A DNA stretch of 64,000 nt from assembly GCA_964247055.1 (NCBI GenBank), contig OZ176056.1, positions 8,680,001-8,744,000 of the forward strand, written 5' to 3'. The notes under the pieces are model-generated. The model ran no database searches. It was given only the letters and a program-made list of their open reading frames with translations, and had not been told where the DNA came from. The DNA is from Paragordius varius (taxonomy: Eukaryota; Animalia; Nematomorpha). Each line of letters starts with the position of its first letter. Within the stretch, counting starts at the first letter, position 1. This document shows, piece by piece, positions 22,170 through 36,458 of this stretch. The translations under genes were made by a program, and so were the position numbers.

Positions 22170-23440
22170 TATAAACAACTGAATAATAAAACAACTGAAT
22201 AATAAAACAACTGAATAATAAAACAACTGAATAATAAAACAACTGAATAATAAAACAACTGAATAATAAAACAACTGAATAATAAAACAACTGAATAATA
22301 AAACAACTGAATAATAAAAACAACTGAATAATAAAAACAACTGAATAATAAAAACAACTGAATAATAAAAACAACTGAATAATAAAAACAACTGAATAAT
22401 AAAAACAACTGAATAATAAAAACAACTGAATAATAAAAACAACTGAATAATAAAAACAAATGAATAATAAAAACAACTGAATAATAAAAACAACTGAATA
22501 ATAAAAACAACTGAATAATAAAAACAACTGAATAATAAAAACAACTGAATAATAAAAACAACTGAATAATAAAAACAACTGAATAATAAAAACAACTGAA
22601 TAATAAAAACAACTGAATAATAAAAACAAATGAATAATAAAAACAAATGAATAATAAAAACAACTGAATAATAAAACAACTGAATAATAAAACAACTGAA
22701 TAATAAAACAACTGAATAATAAAACAACTGAATAATAAAACAACTGAATAATAAAACAACTGAATAATAAAACAACTGAATAATAAAACAACTGAATAAT
22801 AAAAACAACTGAATAATAAAAACAACTGAATAATAAAAACAAATGAATAATAAAAACAAATGAATAATAAAAACAAATGAATAATAAAAACAAATGAATA
22901 ATAAAAACAACTGAATAATAAAAACAACTGAATAATAAAAACAACTGAAGAATAAAAACAACTGAATAATAAAAACAACTGAATAATAAAAACAACTGAA
23001 TAATAAAAACAACTGAATAATAAAAACAACTGAATAATAAAAACAACTGAATAATAAAAACAACTGATTAATAAAAACAACTGATTAATAAAAACAACTG
23101 ATTAATAAAAACACCTGATTAATAAAAACAACTGAATAATAAAAACAACTGAATAATAAAAACAACTGAATAATAAAAACAACTGAATAATAAAAACAAC
23201 TGATTATCTAAACAACTCATTATTTAAACAACTGATTAATTAAAACAACTGATTAATTAAAACAGGTTGAATAAAAACAAATGATTAATTAAAACAACTG
23301 GTTGAAAATCAAAACAAATGATTAATTACAACAAATGATTAATTACAACAAATGATTAATTACAACAACTGATTGATAAAAACAACTGATTGATAAAAAC
23401 AACTGATTGATAAAAACAAATAATTAATAATGACAACTGA
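22170..23440 (+). repeat. ~17-bp satellite, array II (~1.27 kb)
   Basis: Long pure runs of 16- and 17-bp monomers; these account for the three overlapping minus-strand ORFs in the track. Confidence 0.98.
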
Positions 23441-23924
23441 TAAATTAAAAAAACTGCTTAATAAAAATAACTGATAAATTAAAAAACCTGAAATATCAAA
23501 ACAACTCAAATTAAAAAACAAATATTTTAAAAAATTTTAAAACATTTAATATAACTATAATATTAATCAAGAATTTGAATTATTAAACTGTAAAAAATTA
23601 CCAATTCAAAAATATCAAGCCAAAATCTTTTGCTTTACGATTTGTTTGAGTTTTTGCGCAAATAATTGATTGAGGCAACACATTCTAAAAAAATAATGAA
23701 AATATATAAATTGAATATAAACGATTAATTACATTATAATAATTCAAAAAAACGCTATTTAAGAATGAATGATATGTTTTGTGTTTAATTATCTAAAAAA
23801 CCAATTTGCTGGCATTCAAGTAATTTTGCCGAATTGAGCGAATTAATATTTATAATGGAAGCATTTTTTTAAACTTTCCGATTTGTAGAATTATTATAAG
23901 TACAAAATTTGGGTTTATAGGCAT

Positions 23925-26900
23925 ATTTTTAACCGATTACCAAATTTTAAGAAAATTTTAACCGATTTTAGCAAATCTTAAGAAAACTTTAACCGATTTT
24001 TAGCAAATTTCAGGGAAACTTTAACCGATTTTTAACAAAACTTAAGGAAACTTTAACCGATTTTTAGCAAATTTTAGGGAAACTTTAACCGATTTTTAGC
24101 AAAACTTAAGGAAACTTTAACCGATTTTTAGCAAATTTTAGGGAAACTTTAACCGATTTTTAGCAAATTTTAGGGAAACTTTAACCGATTTTTAACATTA
24201 AGGAAACTTTAACCGATTTTTAGCAAATTTCAGGGAAACTTTAACCGATTTTTAACAAAACTGAAGGAAACTTTAACCGATTTTTAGCAAATTTCAGGGA
24301 AACTTTAACCGATTTTTAACAAAACTGAAGGAAACTTTAACCGATTTTTAACAAAACTGAAGGAAACTTTAACCGATTTTTAGCAAATTTTAGGGTAACT
24401 TTAACCGATTTTTAACAAAACTGAAGGAAACTTTAACCAATTTTTAGCAAATTTTAAGGAATCTTTAACCGATTTTTAGCCTATTATAAGGAAACTTTAA
24501 CTGATTATTAGCAAATTTTAAGGAAACTTTAACCGATTTTTAGCCTATTATAAGGAAACTTTAACCGATTTTAGCAAATTTTAGGGAAACTTTAACCGAT
24601 TTGTAGCAAATTTTAAGGAAATTTTAACCGATTTTTAACAAAACTGAAGGAAACTTTAACCAATTTTTAGCAAATTTTAAGGAAACTTTAACCGATTTTT
24701 AGCAAATTTCAGGGAATCTTTAACCGATTTTTAACAAAACTGAAGGAAACTTTAATCGATTTTTAACAAAACTTAAGGAAACTTTAACCGATTTTTAGCA
24801 AATTTTAAGGAATCTTTAACCGATTTTTAGCAAATTTTAAGGAAATTTTAACCGATTTTTAGCCTATTATAAGGAAACTTTAACCGATTATTAGAAAATA
24901 TTAAGAAAACTTTAACCGATTATTAGCCTATTATAAGGAAACTTTAACCGATTTTAGCAAATTTTAGGGAAACTTTAACCGATTTTTAGCAAATTTTAAG
25001 GAAACTTTAATCGATTTTTAACAAAACTTAAGGAAACTTTAACCGATTTTTAGCAAATTTCAGGGAAACTTTAACCGATTTTTAACAAAACTGAAGGAAA
25101 CTTTAACCGATTTTTAGCAAATTTTAAGGAATCTTTAACCGATTTTTAGCAAATTTTAAGGAAATTTTAACCGATTTTTAGCCTATTATAAGGAAACTTT
25201 AACCGATTATTAGAAAATATTAAGAAAACTTTAACCGATTATTAGCCTATTATAAGGAAACTTTAACCGATTTTAGCAAATTTTAGGGAAACTTTAACCG
25301 ATTTTTAGCAAATTTTAAGGAAACTTTAATCGATTTTTAACAAAACTTTAGGAAACTTTAACCGATTTTTAGCAAATTTCAGGGAAACTTTAACCGATTT
25401 TTAACAAAACTGAAGGAAACTTTAACCGATTTTTAGCAAATTTTAAGGAATCTTTAACCGATTTTTAGCAAATTTTAAGGAAATTTTAACCGATTTTTAG
25501 CCTATTATAAGGAAACTTTAACCGATTATTAGAAAATATTAAGAAAACTTTAACCGATTATTAGCCTATTATAAGGAAACTTTAACCGATTTTAGCAAAT
25601 TTTAGGGAAACTTTAACCGATTTTTAGCAAATTTTAAGGAAACTTTAATCGATTTTTAACAAAACTTAAGGAAACTTTAACCGATTTTTAGTAAATTTTA
25701 AGGAAATTTTAGCAAATTTTGAAAAATTTTAACCGATTTAACATATTTTAAGAAAACATTAACCGATTTTAGCAAATTTTAAGATAATTTTAACCGATTA
25801 TTAGCAAATTTTAAGAAAATTTTAACTGATTATTAGAAAATATTAAGAAAACTTTAAGCGATTATTAGCAAATTTTAAGATAATTTTAACCGATTTTTAG
25901 CAAATTTTAAGGAAACTTTAATCGATTTTTAACAAAACTTAAGGAAACTTTAACCGATTTTTAGCAAATTTTAAGGAATCTTTAACCGATTTTTAGCAAA
26001 TTTCAGGGAAACTTTAACCAATTTTTAGCAAATTTTAGGGAAACTTTAACCGATTTTTAACATTAAGGAAACTTTAATCGATTTTTAACAAAACTTAAGG
26101 AAACTTTAACCGATTTTTAGCAAATTTCAGGGAAACTTTAACCGATTTTTAACAAAACTGAAGGAAACTTTAACCAATTTTTAGCAAATTTTAAGGAATC
26201 TTTAACCGATTTTTAACAAAACTTAAGGAAACTTTAACCAATTTTTAACAAAACTTAAGGAAACTTTAACCAATTTTTAGCAAATTTTAGGGAAACTTTA
26301 ACCGATTTTTAACAAAACTTAAGGAAACTTTAACCGATTTTTAGCAAATTTCAGGGAAACTTTAACCGATTTTTAACAAAACTTAAGGAAACTTTAACCA
26401 ATTTTTACCAAATTTTAAGAAAATTTTAACCGATTTTAGCAAATCTTAAGAAAACTTTAACCGATTTTTAGCAAATTTTAAGAAAACTTTAATCGATTTT
26501 TAACAAAACCTAAGGAAACTTTAACCGATTTTTAGCAAATTTCAGGGAAACTTTAACCGATTTTTAACAAAACTTAAGGAAACTTTAACCGATTTTTAGC
26601 AAATTTCAGGGAAACTTTAACCGATTTTTAACAAAACTGAAGGAAACTTTAACCGATTTTTAACAAAACTGAAGGAATCTTTAACCGATTTTTACCAAAT
26701 TTTAAGAAAATTTTAACCAATTTTAGCAAATCTTAAGAAAACTTTAACCAATTTTTAGCAAATTTTAGGGAAACTTTAACCGATTTTTAACATTAAGGAA
26801 ACTTTAACCGATTTTTAGCAAATTTTAAGGAAATTTTAACCGATTTTTAACAAAACTTAAGGAAACTTTAACCGATTTTTAGCAAATTTTAGGGAAACTT

Positions 26901-29900
26901 TAACCGATTTTTAACAAAACTGAAGGAAACTTTAACCGATTTTTAACAAAACTGAAGGAAACTTTAACCGATTTTTAGCAAATTTTAAGGAAATTTTAAC
27001 CGATTTTTAACAAAACTTAAGGAAACTTTAACCGATTTTTAGCAAATTTTAGGGAAACTTTAACCGATTTTTAACAAAACTGAAGGAAACTTTAACCGAT
27101 TTTTAACAAAACTGAAGGAAACTTTAACCGATTTTTAACAAAACTGAAGGAATCTTTAACCGATTTTTAACAAAACTTAAGGAAACTTTAACCAATTTTT
27201 AGCCTATTATAAGGAATCTTTAACCGATTTTTAGCCTATTATAAGGAAACTTTAACCGATTTTAGCAAATTTTAGGGAAACTTTAACCGATTTTTAGCAA
27301 ATTTTAAGGAAACTTTAATCGATTTTTAACAAAACTTTAGGAAACTTTAACCGATTTTTAGCAAATTTCAGGGAAACTTTAACCGATTTTTAACAAAACT
27401 TAAGGAAACTTTAACCGATTTTTAGTAAATTTTAAGGAAATTTTAGCAAATTTTGAAAAATTTTAACCGATTTTTAGCAAATTTTGGGGAAATTTTAACC
27501 GATTTTTAGCATATTATAAGGAAACTTTAACCGATTTTTAGCAAATTTTAAGGAATCTTTAACCGATTTTTAGCAAATTTTAAGGAAATTTTAACCGATT
27601 TTTAGCCTATTATAAGGAAACTTTAACCGATTATTAGAAAATATTAAGAAAACTTTAACCGATTATTAGCCTATTATAAGGAAACTTTAACCGATTTTAG
27701 CAAATTTTAGGGAAACTTTAACCGATTTTTAGCAAATTTTAAGGAAACTTTAATCGATTTTTAACAAAACTTAAGGAAACTTTAACCGATTTTTAGTAAA
27801 TTTTAAGGAAATTTTAGCAAATTTTGAAAAATTTTAACCGATTTTTAGCAAATTTTGGGGAAATTTTAACCGATTTAACATATTTTAAGAAAACATTAAC
27901 CGATTTTAGCAAATTTTAAGATAATTTTAACCGATTATTAGCAAATTTTAAGAAAATTTTAACTGATTATTAGAAAATATTAAGAAAACTTTAAGCGATT
28001 ATTAGCAAATTTTAAGATAATTTTAACCGATTTTTAGCAAATTTTAAGGAAACTTTAATCGATTTTTAACAAAACTTAAGGAAACTTTAACCGATTTTTA
28101 GCAAATTTTAAGGAATCTTTAACCGATTTTTAGCAAATTTTAAGGAAATTTTAACCGATTTTTAGCAAATTTCAGGGAAACTTTAACCAATTTTTAGCAA
28201 ATTTTAGGGAAACTTTAACCGATTTTTAACATTAAGGAAACTTTAATCGATTTTTAACAAAACTTAAGGAAACTTTAACCGATTTTTAGCAAATTTCAGG
28301 GAAACTTTAACCGATTTTTAACAAAACTGAAGGAAACTTTAACCAATTTTTAGCAAATTTTAAGGAATCTTTAACCGATTTTTAACAAAACTTAAGGAAA
28401 CTTTAACCAATTTTTAACAAAACTTAAGGAAACTTTAACCAATTTTTAGCAAATTTTAGGGAAACTTTAACCGATTTTTAACAAAACTTAAGGAAACTTT
28501 AACCGATTTTTAGCAAATTTCAGGGAAACTTTAACCGATTTTTAACAAAACTTAAGGAAACTTTAACCAATTTTTAGCAAATTTTAAGGAAACTTTAACC
28601 GATTTTTAGCAAATTTCAGGCAAACTTTAACCGATTTTTAACAAAACTGAAGGAAACTTTAACCGATTTTTAACAAAACTGAAGGAATCTTTAACCAATT
28701 TTTACCAAATTTTAAGAAAATTTTAACCGATTTTAGCAAATCTTAAGAAAACTTTAACCGATTTTTAGCAAATTTTAAGAAAACTTTAATCGATTTTTAA
28801 CAAAACCTAAGGAAACTTTAACCGATTTTTAGCAAATTTCAGGGAAACTTTAACCGATTTTTAACAAAACTTAAGGAAACTTTAACCGATTTTTAACAAA
28901 ACTTAAGGAAACTTTAACCGATTTTTAGCAAATTTCAGGGAAACTTTAACCGATTTTTAACAAAACTGAAGGAAACTTTAACCGATTTTTAACAAAACTG
29001 AAGGAATCTTTAACCGATTTTTACCAAATTTTAAGAAAATTTTAACCGATTTTAGCAAATCTTAAGAAAACTTTAACCAATTTTTAGCAAATTTTAGGGA
29101 AACTTTAACCGATTTTTAACATTAAGGAAACTTTAACCGATTTTTAGCAAATTTTAAGGAAATTTTAACCGATTTTTAACAAAACTTAAGGAAACTTTAA
29201 CCGATTTTTAGAAAATTTTAGGGAAACTTTAACCGATTTTTAACAAAACTGAAGGAAACTTTAACCGATTTTTAACAAAACTGAAGGAAACTTTAACCGA
29301 TTTTTAACAAAACTGAAGGAATCTTTAACCGATTTTTAACAAAACTTAAGGAAACTTTAACCAATTTTTAGCCTATTATAAGGAATCTTTAACCGATTTT
29401 TAGCCTATTATAAGGAAACTTTAACCGATTTTAGCAAATTTTAGGGAAACTTTAACCGATTTTTAGCAAATTTTAAGGAAATTTTAACCGATTTTTAACA
29501 AATTTTAAGGAAACTTTAACCGATTTTTAGCAAATTTCAGGGAATCTTTAACCGATTTTTAACAAAACTGAAGGAAACTTTAACCAATTTTTAGCAAATT
29601 TTAAGGAATCTTTAACCGATTTTTAGCAAATTTTAAGGAATCTTTAACCGATTTTTAGCAAATTTTAAGGAAATTTTAACCGATTTTTAGCCTATTATAA
29701 GGAAACTTTAACCGATTATTAGAAAATATTAAGAAAACTTTAACCGATTATTAGCCTATTATAAGGAAACTTTAACCGATTTTAGCAAATTTTAGGGAAA
29801 CTTTAACCGATTTTAGCAAATTTTAGGGAAACTTTAACCGATTTTTAGCAAATTTTAAGGAAACTTTAACCAATTTTTAGCAAATTTTAAGGAATCTTTA

Positions 29901-30246
29901 ACCGATTTTTAGCAAATTTTAAGAAAACTTTAACCTATTATTAGCAAATTTTAAGAAAACTTTAACCGATTATTAGCAAATTTTAAGAAAACTTTAACCG
30001 ATTATTAGCCTATTATAAGAAAACTTTAACCGATTTTTAGCCTATTATAAGGAAACTTTAACCGATTTTAGCAAATTTTAAGGAAATTTTAACCGATTTT
30101 TAGGCAAATTAGTAAAAAACTTTAACGCATTTTTAGCATATTTTAACCGATTTTTAGCTAAATTTAAGAAAATTTTAACCGTTTTTAGGAATTGTTAAGA
30201 AAGAAACTTTAACCGATTTTTTTTAAGGTAACTTTAACCGATTTTT
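23925..30246 (+). repeat. ~32-bp satellite, array II (~6.3 kb, ~195 monomers) with higher-order repeats
   Basis: Same core as array I; marker variants recur at 319-bp and ~2.1-kb periods. Confidence 0.98.
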
Positions 30247-33164
30247 AAATTGATTTTTATTTAATTTCTCATTTTTTTAACAAACTTTAAACAATTTTAA
30301 ATAATTTTAGTGTATTTTTAAGAAACTTTAATACCATTTTTTTACTTTTTTTGAACCACCTTAAGTCATTTTATGTAAGAAAAAATAGAAGACACGAAAA
30401 GAAGGCGTGATATCAATTATACGCCCGAAAACCCAAAACCAATTTGTTGTACATAATTTATATACTAGGAATTTTTTAGAGGAGGGGTGGTCAACAAGCG
30501 GCTCCTTAAATATTGAGGCTGCCGCGAGAAATTTATATACAAGTTTTTAAAAAATTTAAGGAAAATTTATTATCTTAAACAAATTTTCTGAGTAAATTTT
30601 TCCGGAATTTTGGCAATTTCCTAAAAAAAATGATAACAAAATAGTGGTTTTTACAGTATCATTTATAATATCTAATAAAATGTTAGCTAATGCCCATATA
30701 TTTAGCCAATTTGGACCGCGAAGCCATAGAATATGAATTTATTTTTTAAGAAATTAAATTTTATAGGACGAGCATGCACCTAAAAAATAATAACATAAGT
30801 TCACCTTTATATGTTAACACTTCCTCTCCATTATCAAAAAATTTTTACAAAATTTTAGAGAAAGAAATTCAATGCTAAAATATTTTACCAAGAGCTATAA
30901 TTTATGTAAAATTATTTTAAATTGGAAGGATATTTTAGATTTCAAAACAAGCAAGCATCTAAATAATTATAACATATGTTCACCTTTCTATTTCATCTTC
31001 CTCAAACAAATGAAAAAAAAAATTTTAAAAGATCAAGAAACCCACTTGTTAGCAATATAGTATCATAATTAGACATCTATTTAGTTTTTTTTAAAAAAAT
31101 GGATAATAATAAAATATTACTAGGTTTGTGTTAAAATTTGCCAGATAGAATTGCCAAGTAAATGGCTAATAGCAAGAAAAGATTCTTTTTGAAGTTAATA
31201 AATGTTCCTTATCATTCGTATCTGGCAATATTTTAATGCAAACCCAGCAATGCATATGTAATTATACTGTATATATATAAAACATGCAAAACTTACATAT
31301 ATTGTTTGATCAGAATTGTATTAAAACGTATTTTCCCATTTCAGTCGTATAATATCAACCATGTTTCCAATATTTTGTCGTTTTATTGTGGTCGATTGTT
31401 TCCAAGATTTGGTTGGACAGCTTCCTTTTTTCAATTAACAATGGTATTCTAATGATTAAGTATAAACAATTTACCTTATTATATAGTAATGGCAATACAT
31501 TGTATAGCTGGAGAGATCAAGACATGACAAGGGAAGTTGCATATGCACCCAATCTATCCACCCATTTCAGAAAATGTGCGAGGAAAAAAAATTAAGTAAA
31601 TGAAAAAAATGCAAAATTTTCGCCCTTTATATAGGGCATAATGTATATGTTATCTTTTTATCCAATCAAATTAATGTGTGCATTTGCGCCTTTTTCCCCC
31701 TTCTGGAAAAATGTTTCACATTCTTTTCCCTCTCTTTATTGCGCAACATTGTTTGGGCGCTTCTATTTTATTATTATTCCCCCCCCCCCATGTGCACATT
31801 CCAATAAAACATATAATATTATATATGATTCATCATATCTAAAAATAATCCTTTTTATTACAATAATGTTATTTGGCTGGCGCCTATAAAGAAATGTAAA
31901 TAAAATTCGGAGAAAAATATGTTAAAAAAATATGGCAATAATATTTTAACAATCTTTATTAATAATAATAAATGAGAAATTTGAATTTATTTTCTTACTT
32001 ACTAAATGTTTGATTACACAAATGGCTAATATCAAAATTTATTAATTAATTAATCTAATTTGTTTCAATATTAAAAAAAATAATTTTTCATAGAGGTATT
32101 TAAGTTTTTACCGGTGTAATTTGATTAATATATTGGTTTATAATTTAGTGATCTTAGAATTTTTTTTCTAAAATAAAGCAGAATGTTTTTTAAGAAGTTT
32201 ATAGATTATTATCTAAAGATTTATAATTATTTTAATTTTATGCTTTGTGCAATCATCTAATATCAAATTATTGTTAAAATCAAATACATCATATAATAAG
32301 CTTTCAACAACAAGAGCTCTGATTTTTTTGGATTTCCAATTCATTTAAAATCCATCATCACAGATAGTTTATTTAGGTAAAAGATATTCAAAGTGTGCTT
32401 ACGATAATTACCAATATATAATGATTCTCTCTTAATTCATACTAATATATATATTAATTTTAAAATAGGAATCAACAAATAAGTTATTATTCTGTTTTAA
32501 TTCAATTAAAAAATATGTAAATAAAATCGAAAATAAGTTATGTCCTGTGGGGATAAGGGTTAAAGTAAAAAGTTTGGTTTCAGTTTTTTAAACAGAAAGC
32601 TGAAAATCTGTTTTTCATTAAGAGTTATCTGAAACAAAATTTAAACTTTTTTATACCATAGAACGATACAAAATATCTGGGAATTGCTAACTTAACATTT
32701 AATAACCTTTAAAAGTGTAATAATTCTCAATTGAGAAATGGTTAAATCCTAACAATTTTATTAAAAATTATAATGGATTATTTATCCCAAAACTTTCTAA
32801 GCTTGTAATGTTAAATTCCCATCGTTCATGCGAAAATGTCTTTAGAATTAAGCAGTAATCAACAGTTTAATTTAAATATTAACTAATCTTTTAAAAATCA
32901 ATCAAAAGAGTTTCTTCATTTAATAATTATGTATAACCACAAGACAATAACATGAGAAAAGTAAAAGATATCAATGTTGGATAAAAATATCATTAAATTC
33001 TTCAACTTTTTTAATAATTAGTTCCCGTTTTGAAAAAGCTGAATAAAAATCTTTTTCAAAACAATAGCATTTCATTACTTTACTACAGTTTGGAAAACCA
33101 ATAAAAATATTTGGTTGTGAAAAATGTAAATTTTTTTAATCTTAAATTTATAGTATAATACTGT

Positions 33165-33271
33165 AAGGTTTCGACTTTGTGGGCTAGGGTGAGGGATTGG
33201 AGTTGGTTCATTTTCTAAAAGAAGTCCGCAGGACTTCCTCGGGCTGCGAAGCAGGCCGAGACCCACGCATT
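33165..33271 (+). mobile_element. G4 + double-hairpin cassette (one TAGGGT unit shorter)
   Basis: GGGCTAGGGTGAGGGATTGGG still has four GGG tracts; hairpins identical to the other copies. Confidence 0.55.
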
Positions 33272-35299
33272 ATCTTACTATTTATACCTTATATTTATAA
33301 TTAATTTTTTACTTAAATACAAAGATCCCAATAAAAAATTATTAATAATACAGAGTTAGGTATTGAATTTTATTGGGAAATAATTGGAGATCCGTTCTAG
33401 TATTAGTAAATAAGAACAATGGATTAAACATTTTTTTTAGCTGTACTGCAAACATTACATAACATGTTTACATTAATTTTTATTACCCAAATCCTTAATA
33501 TATATCATATAGTTTAGGAATCCTTATTTTTAACTTCTTAATAAAAATTTTGTGTTAGGTACAAATTGTCATTCTATATTCTGCTTATTGATTTAATCAG
33601 CTTTAGTTTGTACTTCATCTTAATTTAATCTATTTAAATTTTATATAAATTATAAAGAGATGTCTTTATTTGTATTTAAAAATTAAATCTTTGAAAAATA
33701 GGGCCTTATCCAAACTAGACCACCTATATTTAAAAATAAAAATTTAATTCGAAACATAGTTAAATTTAAAACTTATTTCGTTTTTAATTATATATTAATA
33801 GCATTTTAAGTTTGATTCATTACTAATTTTAAAATTGATTAAGGTCCTAGAATTGAATTTAGGTATCTGTAGGAAAAATTGTGCATTGCTCTAAGTTACA
33901 TGGTTTGAAGAATAAAATGTCAAGTAAACGAATTATATATTTATTTCTATATGTGTAAGACTCATTTCATATGTTTTTGGGATGAAATAACCCTAACCAA
34001 CTCATATTTGGAAAAACTTTAAGGCTTTCGACTTTGTGGACTAGGGTTAGGGTGAGGGATTGGAGTTGGTTCATTTTCTTAAAGAAGTCACCCTTCATCC
34101 AATTTAAAGAGGTTCATGAATATTATTTGCTAAATCTGTGTTTTCCTATTATAAATTTAATTAAACTCACTATGACATCGCTTATATGTAAATATAAAAA
34201 AATATTTTTATCAAACCTGGATACTATCGCAACAAAACCATTTATGAATTTAAATCGAAGAATTGTTTATAATATAGTATTTTCATCATAAATTCTTAAT
34301 TCAAAATGGTGTTTTATACGAAAATAAATTTCCAGATTACGCAAATTAGTAGTAGAGGAAAATCAATGATATAAGCGTTCAGTCCGATATAAGGGATTGC
34401 AATTGTTTTAGGGTAAAAGAAGACTTGTAAGCAATAAAGTGCTTATAAAATTTAATTTTAAATTTTTCTAATAAATTTGATCAAAATAATTGTAAATATC
34501 GAAGTTAATACTCTAATATATATATATATATAAAATTACTAATGATGGATAAGAGGATTTGATTTGTCAAATTACCTATGAATGTAAAATAGTTAGTTTA
34601 AAACCGAATAATATTAGTGAGCAAATCCTAAAATGATAAAATATGTTTATTGGAGAATGAATATAAGTTAAAGTTTAATTAATTATAGTTATACTTACCC
34701 AAGGTATAATATACAAGAGGCATCAATACAATTTAAATATTAAATAGCCATATTATAAAAATTTATTTATATTCTCATCTTTATCGGAGACAAAAATATT
34801 TTTTCATGTCATACCACATAAATAATTATATTAAAAAATTAACATTAACGATATAAGTTAATTTTTAACTAATTCCAAATTTTTTAATCCAAATTCATTT
34901 CTCTTTTGCTAGGTGGTATTCATACATACATAAATTCAAAAATTTGCTTCACAATACTAAATTCGGACAGGATGGTTCATTATATGTCTACTTTGTTTCG
35001 GAAAAGTTATGGCTTTTTGAATGCGTTTAGTTGAAAATATTTTACATTTTTCAATGGATATCACAGAATTATGACAAACTAAAAACTTTAATTTGTTGTG
35101 GAAAGCAAATGTGAGCCTGATTCCGTATTAAATTTGGAAATTAACTCAAATTGTATGGATCTTGCAGTGAGTAGCAAATATAATTGTTTATTTATTTTTG
35201 CGTTCTATTTTGGACTTTATATAAGGATTATTTTCTTTAAAAAACTTAAAATATATACGCAAATTTTTATATATTTTTTTGTTTTGAGTATTATTTTAG

Positions 35300-35464
<165 letters not shown>

Positions 35465-35913
35465 TAACACATAATTCACATACACATAACATCATTTTTA
35501 AATATCTTTAACTGTTTTCTATCAGGTTTTTTTTAATTAAGCTTCAAATATTATATAATTAATCATACACACAATGCACACAATATTCTATTGGATTATA
35601 TATAATAAAATAGGTCAAAAATTAATAGGTTGCTTTTAATTTCGGGACGAATCATCTCAAAATTCCAAATTATCCCCATTTTTTTATAATATTTTTAGGA
35701 TAACAAAAACTCTTTATGTATAATATATATATATATAGGATAAACTTGAAAAGAATTGATTAAGTTTAATTGGGACTTTCGTAGATATTAAGTTTTTATA
35801 CCACTGAATAGGTCATCTAATGGTAACAAAGTGATAAGAAGCACTATATGAAATTATATGTGATTAGAATTTCAAAATAGGTTATTTTAGATATATTTTG
35901 GTCAAATTTTAAA

Positions 35914-36458
35914 ATGTCCACAGGGCATATTCTTGGGTTCTGCGCCAACAGTAGTCGATTAATTAACTTGCGACATCATAATATAGTGGGTCACATAAAA
36001 CAAAACCTCCCATCCAATGCACGACTAATATCCGAAAATCAAGCGCTGGACTTGTCAAGACTTCGACCCGATCTCGTGGTGGCCCAACAAGTGCCTTATC
36101 ATCGATCCAACTGTCACCCACGAGAACGGGCCCAACGCCCTAGATGAAGCACATAATATTAAGATAGAGAAGTATCGTCACCTCACAGTCTCACTTTCCG
36201 GCCAATTTGACGAGGTTTATATCATTTCAATCGTCGTGGGCGCACTTGGATCATGGCACCCCAAAAACAAAAGATTATTCGAAAACATTAATATGAAAAA
36301 TAAGGCTGAGATGAGAAAGGATATAGTCATCGAAACCATCAAATTTTCCTGATATATTCTTTGAATTTACCAGTGGTAGAAACTAAATCCCCTCCTTCCC
36401 GGAAACATCCACGTCCAACCTCATCCCACAGTCCCACTGCACATCCGTAACACAATAA
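35914..36458 (+). mobile_element. RLE-type retrotransposon 3' fragment, copy II
   Basis: Near-identical to 8971-9515, with the same frameshift and stops. Confidence 0.88.

Noticed and set aside
22131-23080. Three ~300-aa minus-strand ORFs
   Set aside because: They are translations of the 17-bp satellite, whose minus strand has no stop in any frame. The same applies to 324-506.
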